Made by a program: the position numbers and the translations under genes. DNA of 64,000 bases from Desulfomonilia bacterium (lineage in GTDB: Bacteria; Desulfobacterota; Desulfomonilia; UBA1062). The notes under the pieces are model-generated. The model worked only from the letters and a program-made list of their open reading frames with translations. It had not been told where the DNA came from and ran no database searches. Positions 57,075 to 64,000 of the stretch are shown here, piece after piece. The first letter of the stretch is position 1. Every line of letters begins with the position of its first letter. The stretch is from positions 416,001 to 480,000 of the forward strand of contig CAXXDQ010000003.1 in NCBI GenBank assembly GCA_963664325.2, given 5' to 3'.

Positions 57075-58490
57075 ACCCTCAGGGTACGAAACGCAGCGTG
57101 TAAGCAAGTCAGTGACATTGCCGGAATATTTTTCATTCCAGACCTTATCAACAACCGGGGCTACATTTTTCGCATATTCGTTAATGTGGTTCATCACTAC
57201 CGGGTTCTCAATTAGGTCCTGTGCTCCGTCGTCCGTAGGTTTTGCATTGTGCTTTTTACAGATGCTTCTGAGAACATCGGGATTGTCTATTATCATGCAG
57301 GGTCTCAGGAGGTTGTCCGTATGCGGCTGATGCTGTCTGATAGCTGTAAAGAATGGAGATTTAAGCGCTTCAAGCAGGGAGTGCCTGTGTATATTGTGGG
57401 TGGAGAAATGGGCGAATATGCAGGGTTCCACGTCGCCTTTGTTATTGATGTGAAGATACCGCCTGCCTCCTGCCGCACAGCCGTGAACTGCCGGGGCATC
57501 CGCCCAGAAATCCATTATGAAGAGAGGATTCTGTTCCCTGTATTCCTTGATGAACTCACCATATGTCACACGCTGTTCAGGGGTTGGCATGAGTGACAGG
57601 TCTGCATTTTTCGAAACAGGCATGAAGAGGAAATTCCAGGCAAACATTATGCCGCGTTTTTCCCATTCATTATAAAATTTCGTACTGGTCATAAGGTCAT
57701 AGTTGCGGGAGGTGAGTACCATTGACATGCCCATCATAAGGTTACGGCGATTGAGTCTTTCAACCGATGCAATAATTTTTTCATAAACACCTTGACCGCG
57801 CATGAAATCGATTTCATTCTTATCACCGTTGACGCTGAATACGACAATAATGTTTTTAAGTTCTGCGATTCTGTCTGCAATTTCTTCCTTGATCAATGTC
57901 CCGTTTGTAAATACCTGGAATATGCAATCATTATGTTTCGCAGCCATTTTTTCAATTATGTCGAAACGGACAAAAGGCTCTCCACCCAGAATTGTATAGA
58001 AATAGGTTCCCAATTCCTTGCCCTGAGTGATTATGCTGTCAACCGTCTCTATAGGCATATCGTTCTTTATTCCCATGTCGTATCCGTTGGCATAACAGCC
58101 CTTGCACTTCAGATTGCAGTTCATTGTAGGGCTTATTAGGACACTGTAGGGAGAGGTAAAACCATGCTTAGCCTGAAGCTCTTTGCTCTTTTCGATCCAT
58201 TTAAGCGAGCAGTTCCCAAATAATATTTTTATAACATTAGAGGCTTGGCCTTTGTCTTTAAGCATAAGATTAATAAACCACTGTCTAGTGCCTGGGTTGC
58301 CATTCAGCCATTTCATAAAACCGTTAAATGGCTTCGGATTTGAAAAAGATTTAGCCAGAATGCCAATAGATTTCATGATCCTGTCGAAATTCTTTTCCGG
58401 TGAAATTCTGACAAATGAAGTTACAAATTTTGATGATAAATTAATAGCAGACTGTTGAATAAATTCCCTGGCCATCTTTTTTATGTTCAT
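57048..58490 (-). CDS. Radical SAM/SPASM-domain protein (true C-terminus probably extends to 56861)
   Basis: CNLKCKGC, GGEP, FTNGT, GCAAGGRRYLHINNKGDVEPC, RPC; ATG 58490 after GAAGGAG. Confidence 0.9.
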   Translation of the reverse strand: MNIKKMAREFIQQSAINLSSKFVTSFVRISPEKNFDRIMKSIGILAKSFSNPKPFNGFMKWLNGNPGTRQWFINLMLKDKGQASNVIKILFGNCSLKWIEKSKELQAKHGFTSPYSVLISPTMNCNLKCKGCYANGYDMGIKNDMPIETVDSIITQGKELGTYFYTILGGEPFVRFDIIEKMAAKHNDCIFQVFTNGTLIKEEIADRIAELKNIIVVFSVNGDKNEIDFMRGQGVYEKIIASVERLNRRNLMMGMSMVLTSRNYDLMTSTKFYNEWEKRGIMFAWNFLFMPVSKNADLSLMPTPEQRVTYGEFIKEYREQNPLFIMDFWADAPAVHGCAAGGRRYLHINNKGDVEPCIFAHFSTHNIHRHSLLEALKSPFFTAIRQHQPHTDNLLRPCMIIDNPDVLRSICKKHNAKPTDDGAQDLIENPVVMNHINEYAKNVAPVVDKVWNEKYSGNVTDLLTRCVSYPEGLEPDILQA

Positions 58491-58735
58491 AATTTCTCCT
58501 TCCAAAATTCATATCGGCACTATTTTAAAAAGCTTAAAACCATACAAAACAAACAATATGCAATAAGTAAGCCTGATTTCAAGTTGATTAAAAAACATTA
58601 TAACTGATTGAAATAAATATTAAAATAAAAAGATGAGAAAATATAATAAAAGGAATTTTACATTCAATGTGAAATAATTTACTATGGAGATGGATAAATA
58701 TTTTCATTAAGAACCGATTGTTTGGTGTCCTGATT

Positions 58736-60443
58736 TCAATATAGCAGTTCGATAAGTTTTGCCGCTTTCATCAGTGGTCCGAAACGGTTTTCATCTTTAG
58801 CATAGTCATCAAAATATATTTCACGCGAATTTAATGCGAGTTCCTGAAGGAAAGCATCCTGTCTTGCCCGGGCAAAAGAGGCATCAGGTATATTTATCTG
58901 GATTTCACTTTCAAGGTAAGCGCTTCTGGTCGAGAGATTGAATGAGCCTATGCTTGCCCAAAGACCGTCAACAATGAACTGCTTTGCATGATAATATGGT
59001 TTTTGTTTTGCTCCTTTTGGAGACTGGTATTCGTAGATTCTGACACCTGCAGAGAGCAGATCCCTGTAATAATTGAGGGATATATAATGACAAAGGGAGA
59101 AAGCAACCTCCAGTCCTGTTTCATGGGAGTTGGTAAGTATGCATACATTGACACCCCTCAGGGCAGCCTGTTTGAGTGCAATGGAAAGCTTTTCGGGCAG
59201 GGCTATATATTGGGTTGTTATGAGCACGCTTTGTTTTGCCATACTGATTGCGCCACACAGCATATCAACTATTGTGTAGTTTCCCTTCCAGGGCTTGGAA
59301 TCAGCTATGCCGACAGGAAAACCGCTTTTTGCAATGTCTGGAATCAAAAAGGGTTCTATATCTAGTGTGTTACCGCTGAATTCTTTCCAGTTTGACGTGA
59401 ATTCAAAATCAAGCGTTTTGACGGCCGGTCCCTCGAGATAAAGGTCCATATCCTTCCACCAGAAAAAATAATTATCGGCGATATTTCTCCCTCCTGTAAT
59501 AGCCCTCCTGCCGTCAACAATTACCATCTTCTCATGCAGCGCATACTCTATAACAAGCTCTTCTTCACTTTGTTTTCATAAGCGATTTTGAGAAAAGCAT
59601 TTCAGCAGGCAGTTTTCTCAACATCAGGAACTGATCCTGCATGAGCTTGTGCCACGGTGCGTAGTCCGTAACTTTTTCCCGGGGAAAGCTTATGTCACCA
59701 ATCATTATGACATCTATTCCATTCATTTTAAGATCAAGATAAACGGCCGGTGATTTTCCAAGCTGAGAATATCTTGTTAATATAACTTTTACGTCAACAC
59801 CGTTCCTTGCCTTGGCCTTGAGGATATCATAAAGCTCGGCGCTTTTTCCTTTGCTGTCGAGCAGGAATGTCTGCAGGTGAATAGAATGCTGCGCCGACTC
59901 AAGCACTTCTTTAAACTTCGAGAAGGAATCGGTTCCGTCATACAGGACGTCAACCCGGTTTCCTGAAGTGACCGGCGAAGTATAATAGCGTTCAAGAATT
60001 CTTCTGTTTTTGTCAGTTAGAATATTTGAAGAATTGTCCGGTTTTTTTTCGGCAATTGTTAGGCTTACATTTTTATGTATTTTTAATTGGTTTTTCAGCA
60101 TTATTTCAAATGGTATTTCGTAAACATCAGGTTTAACATCTGCGGGTATTTCCATGCAGGCACAAACCCTTTTGATGTTTGAGGAGTCTGTATATGAAAA
60201 AGATTTACCAGTCTTGCCGAAGGGTGATCTTTCTAGTTCGATGGAAACAGGAACAAGGCTGTTCACGTCAGTAAGAACATCGATACAGGCCTTTCTGTGA
60301 ATCCCGGCAAATAACTTTTCGGGATATATTTTAATGGAAACCATATTCTTATCTTCAGCTTTGGCTGGTATGCTGATAAGGAAAGCGAAAAAAATAACTG
60401 CTGTTATCCGAAAAATATTCAGCTCGGAACTATTCATTATCAT
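58736..60443 (-). pseudogene. Phospholipase D / cardiolipin-synthase-family protein, split by a single-base frameshift near 59570-59577
   Basis: N-part has GNRVDVLYDG, AQHSIHLQTF, ARNGVDVKV. Removing one A gives MKQSEEELVIEYALHEKMVIVDG (HKD1), then GGRNIAD, and HAKQFIVD...GSFNL (HKD2). Confidence 0.88.
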
Positions 60444-61357
60444 GGAAAAGGTATATTGCGCACAAATTCCATGAATCTTCGATGCCTCTTGAATGGCCTG
60501 AAGTCTTTTCTGTAAATCATGAAAAAAGGTCGGACAATGTTTAGTCCTTCAATGGGTATGGCCTTGATTATTCCTGATGCGATTTCTCTTTTCACTGCAT
60601 GAACAGATATTATCGCTGCTCCAAGGCCTGCCACTACAGATTCTTTTACGGCTTCTGATGAACCCATTTCGCATATGATATTCATCTTTATTCCAGGGGA
60701 GGCCGACTGGAAAGCCTTTTCTATTACAGAGCGTGTTCCTGAACCTTCTTCTCTGCCAATAAAAGAAATATTATCCAGTTCATTAACCGATAAAGAATCT
60801 TTTTTTGCATAGGGATGATCCTTCCCGAACACAAGCAGTAGCGAGTCCTTCCATACAGGTTCGGCCATCATTTTTTTATCAGCAACAGGTTTGCCGATAA
60901 AACCTATTTCAACCCGCCCGTCATATATCATTTCTATTACATCCCTGCTGTCGCCTGAATGTATATGGACTATGCATGAAGGGTTATCCTTCATATATTT
61001 GCCGATTACGATCGGTAGGATATAGGTTGCAGGAATAGAACTGGCACCTATGAATATATGGCTTTGCCCTGTATCGTTTGAGTTTTCGATTTTAAATTTG
61101 GCTTCATCTCTCAGCTTTAGTATTTTCCTTGCATAATCGTAAAGCACCCTGCCCTCGGCGGTAAGCGAGATGCCACTCTGCGCCCTGTCGATAATCGGTG
61201 CATCTATAAATGTTTCCAGATTCTTGATGTGCTTGCTTATTGAGGGCTGAGTAAGTCCCATTCTGTTTCCTGCACGGGAAAAACTGTTCTCTTCTATAAG
61301 GTTGACGAGCACTTCGAACTGCTGCATCGTAATATGCTGAAATTGGCTGAAGTTCAT
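60440..61357 (-). CDS. LysR family regulator (CysL-like, selenium-metabolism-associated position)
   Basis: SFSRAG..MGLTQPSISKHIKNLE, IGASSIPATYILP, REEGSGTR; divergent from selD. Confidence 0.93.
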   Translation of the reverse strand: MNFSQFQHITMQQFEVLVNLIEENSFSRAGNRMGLTQPSISKHIKNLETFIDAPIIDRAQSGISLTAEGRVLYDYARKILKLRDEAKFKIENSNDTGQSHIFIGASSIPATYILPIVIGKYMKDNPSCIVHIHSGDSRDVIEMIYDGRVEIGFIGKPVADKKMMAEPVWKDSLLLVFGKDHPYAKKDSLSVNELDNISFIGREEGSGTRSVIEKAFQSASPGIKMNIICEMGSSEAVKESVVAGLGAAIISVHAVKREIASGIIKAIPIEGLNIVRPFFMIYRKDFRPFKRHRRFMEFVRNIPFP

Positions 61358-61459
61358 GCTTCTGGGGTGTATCCCAATAATGGCTCTTTTGCAATATTCA
61401 AGCTCAGAGAAGTCTTTACATTTGAAAATCTTCAGTTATCCTGTTTCCAGGAGGGACAA

Positions 61460-62503
61460 ATGCAGTCTGATAAAATTAGGCTGACAACAACTGTCAAAGG
61501 TTCGGGTTGAGCATGCAAGATAGGTCCGGAGGTTCTGGACCGTATTGTTAAAACACTTAAGATAGTGCATGACCCTGACCTTATAGTGGGCATGGAGCAT
61601 CCGGATGACGGTGGTGTCTACCGGATATCGGACAGCCTTGCCCTAATTCAAACACTTGATTTTTTCACCCCGGTTGTAGATGACCCATATTCTTTCGGTC
61701 AGATTGCCGTAGCCAACTCACTGTCCGATGTCTATGCAATGGGCGGTGAACCCAGGCTTGCAATGAATATTATCTGCTTTCCTGTTAATACAATGGATGT
61801 CTCGGTTCTTGAAGAGATACTTAAAGGCGGTTCAGACAAGATGGAGGAAGCAGGGGTGCTTCTTGTGGGCGGCCACAGTATTGAGGACGCCGAAATTAAA
61901 TATGGCCTTTCAGTAACCGGCTTTGTCCATCCTGAGAAAATATTAAGGAATACAGGCGCAATACCCGGAGACGCCCTTGTACTTACCAAACCCATTGGAA
62001 CCGGTATAATTTCAACCGCGATAAAGGCCAATGAAGCAGATTCTGAGACAATAGAGCTTGCTGTTAAGTTAATGTCAGAACTCAACAGGAAGCCTGCAGA
62101 AATCATGAAACAATACAATATTCATGCATGCACAGATATTACCGGGTTCGGGCTTATCGGCCATGCTTTTGAAATGATTGAGGCCACATCAACAGGCATA
62201 GTCTTTCATGCGGAAAAAATTCCCATTATTCCTCAAGCATTAGAATTTGCATCAATGGGTTTCATCCCTGCAGGGGCATACCGCAACCGTGATTTCAGAA
62301 TGAACATGGTCGAGAACAGAGGAATTCCAGATGAAAAGATGATATGTCTCTTTGATCCTCAAACTTCAGGCGGGCTGCTTACAGCACTTCCTTTTACTGA
62401 AGCCAAGACACTGATCAAGCAATTGAAAGATGAAGGCGTTGAATGCGCAGAGATCATCGGAGAAATTATATATTATGCAGGAAATAATATAATCATTATA
62501 TAA
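61460..62503 (+). CDS. selD: Selenide, water dikinase (selenoprotein, Sec17)
   Basis: ATG 61460 after GGAGGG; MQSDKIRLTTTVKGSG-UGA(61508-61510)-ACKIGP in frame with DDGGVY, QTLDFFTPVVDDP, NSLSDVYAMGG, GGHS, TDITGFGL, DPQTSGGLL. Confidence 0.96.
61523..61541 (+). promoter_or_regulatory. Bacterial SECIS-like hairpin
   Basis: GGTCCGGA-GGT-TCTGGACC begins 12 nt after the UGA and has G in the loop. Confidence 0.75.
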
Positions 62504-62526
62504 TTAATAAAGGACGCGGAGGGTTT

Positions 62527-63768
62527 ATGTGCGACACATTCGGAATAAAAATGTCCTGGACAGGTACAGATGGAAGCATATTTGGAAAAAATTCAGACCG
62601 TGAACCTGATGAAACACAAGTTATAGTTTCATGCCCGGCAAATAATCATGATCCAGGAGAATATCTTGATTGTACTTATATAAAGATTCCTCAGACAGCC
62701 TATACAAATGCCGTACTTTTAAGCAAGCCCTTCTGGATATGGGGTGCCGAGATGGGTGTTAATGCGAAGGGAGTGGTCATAGGCAACGAAGCCCTGTTCA
62801 CAAAAGTTAAACCTGAGAAAAAGGCAGGCCTTATCGGTATGGATCTGCTCAGACTTGGACTCGAGCGAGGCGGATCTGCGAGTGAAGCTGCAAATGTAAT
62901 AATTAAGCTGCTTAAGGAACACGGTCAGTCAGGATCTTGCGGGTACAGAGACAAGAGTTTTTCATATATGAATTCTTTTCTTCTTATGGACAGGGACAAT
63001 CTCCTGGTTCTTGAAACTGTAGGCAGGGATTATGCTTTAAAATCATATGAAAGCTATGCAACCATTTCAAATGCCATTACGTTGGGGAAAGACTGGGATG
63101 AATCGTCTTTTCCAGCAGGAACGGATATGAAATCTTTCGGAGATATACTGTTCACATACTTTGCCGGCGGTCTGAGTAGAAGAAAATGCAATCAGAATGG
63201 CATCGAACTTGGAAGAGGCGGCATAACACCCATTAAGGCATTTGATTATCTCAGAACCCACAGCAAAAGCCTGGCATTTAATTCCAGTGTCTGCATGCAT
63301 GCCAACGGTTCATTGATAAGGAGGTCTCAGACAACCGGCTCAATGGTTGTTGTGCTGAATCGGGAAGGACTGTTCAAGATTTTTGTAACAGCCGGTTCTT
63401 CTCCTTGTGTAACATCGTTCAAACCGGTTCTTCCAAACCATCTTCCGGCTGATATAATGATTGGAGGTGACGGATTTGACAGTTCCTCGTTCTGGTGGAG
63501 GCATGAAAGATTTCATCTCGGTGCCCTGTTTGCCGGAAAGGAATATCTGCCCCGGATAAAGGGAGATATTGAAAGACTTGAATCCCAATATGCAAATATT
63601 CCGTTTTATAAATGGGATACCGATGATCAGGCTCTGATAAAAGCATCTAGGGATGCTTTTTCCGCTGTTGAAGATATGGAAGCCGGCTATTTAAAAAAAA
63701 TTGATAGCTCACGGAGATATCTTACTTCATACTGGCGAAGAATTTCTGACAAAAATAGAATTCCTTGA
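62527..63768 (+). CDS. Peptidase C69 / secernin family Ntn hydrolase
   Basis: MCDT N-terminal Cys, FGKNSDREPDE, SKPFWIWGAEMGVN, GMDLLRLGLER, VCMHA. Confidence 0.92.
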   Translation: MCDTFGIKMSWTGTDGSIFGKNSDREPDETQVIVSCPANNHDPGEYLDCTYIKIPQTAYTNAVLLSKPFWIWGAEMGVNAKGVVIGNEALFTKVKPEKKAGLIGMDLLRLGLERGGSASEAANVIIKLLKEHGQSGSCGYRDKSFSYMNSFLLMDRDNLLVLETVGRDYALKSYESYATISNAITLGKDWDESSFPAGTDMKSFGDILFTYFAGGLSRRKCNQNGIELGRGGITPIKAFDYLRTHSKSLAFNSSVCMHANGSLIRRSQTTGSMVVVLNREGLFKIFVTAGSSPCVTSFKPVLPNHLPADIMIGGDGFDSSSFWWRHERFHLGALFAGKEYLPRIKGDIERLESQYANIPFYKWDTDDQALIKASRDAFSAVEDMEAGYLKKIDSSRRYLTSYWRRISDKNRIP

Positions 63769-63826
63769 CTTTGAAGTTATTTGAATGTTCTAGTTTTCTT
63801 TATCTTCTGGAATAGGAGGGGCTTAT

Positions 63827-64000
63827 ATGGGATGTCCCATAGAAAATGGTATTAATGCATTGCGTGGGCTTCCTTTTTACCCGGTGTTATCGGCAAGATC
63901 AAAATATACCCTGCTTGATGTATTTTTGACATTTGTCGGCGCCGCGTTCGAGGAAGTCTCAAAAAATGTTCCCGAACTGAAAAATGAAATAGCCGACTGG
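63827..64000 (+). CDS. Hypothetical protein, 5' part (runs off the window)
   Basis: AGGAGGGG RBS, ATG 63827, open to the end (MGCPIENG...NEIADW). Confidence 0.6.
   Translation, partial: MGCPIENGINALRGLPFYPVLSARSKYTLLDVFLTFVGAAFEEVSKNVPELKNEIADW

Overview
Chromosomal segment from a probably anaerobic, Deltaproteobacteria/Desulfobacterota-like bacterium; the taxonomy is inferred from gene content and order. 1-27.5 kb is a lipid/acyl-CoA catabolic region: a frameshifted glycyl-radical enzyme with an atypical GCVD Cys loop, three TetR regulators, a lipoprotein esterase, a 2-hydroxyacyl-CoA dehydratase pair with a CoA ligase, a secreted Ntn acylase, an atu-like (acyclic terpene) carboxylase operon, an alkyl-DHAP-synthase-like flavoprotein, an FN3 lipoprotein and an AidB-like dehydrogenase. 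27.6-36 kb holds a CusRS-like two-component system followed by an Asr-like Ala/Pro/Lys-rich exported protein, then an amidohydrolase/oxidoreductase/GNAT group. 36-55 kb is mostly housekeeping: mtaB, a catalytically altered polX, rpsU-yqeY-mutS2-dnaG-rpoD, dprA-topA-trmFO, dusB. 55-64 kb holds a fourth TetR, a radical SAM/SPASM gene with a patatin gene, a secreted phospholipase D, a LysR regulator, and selD with an in-frame UGA (Sec) and SECIS-like hairpin. Three genes are interrupted in this sequence (two single-base frameshifts, one 22-nt duplication), which may be assembly errors. I saw no rRNA, tRNA, CRISPR array, IS element or prophage. All calls are from motif reading by eye; no searches were run.
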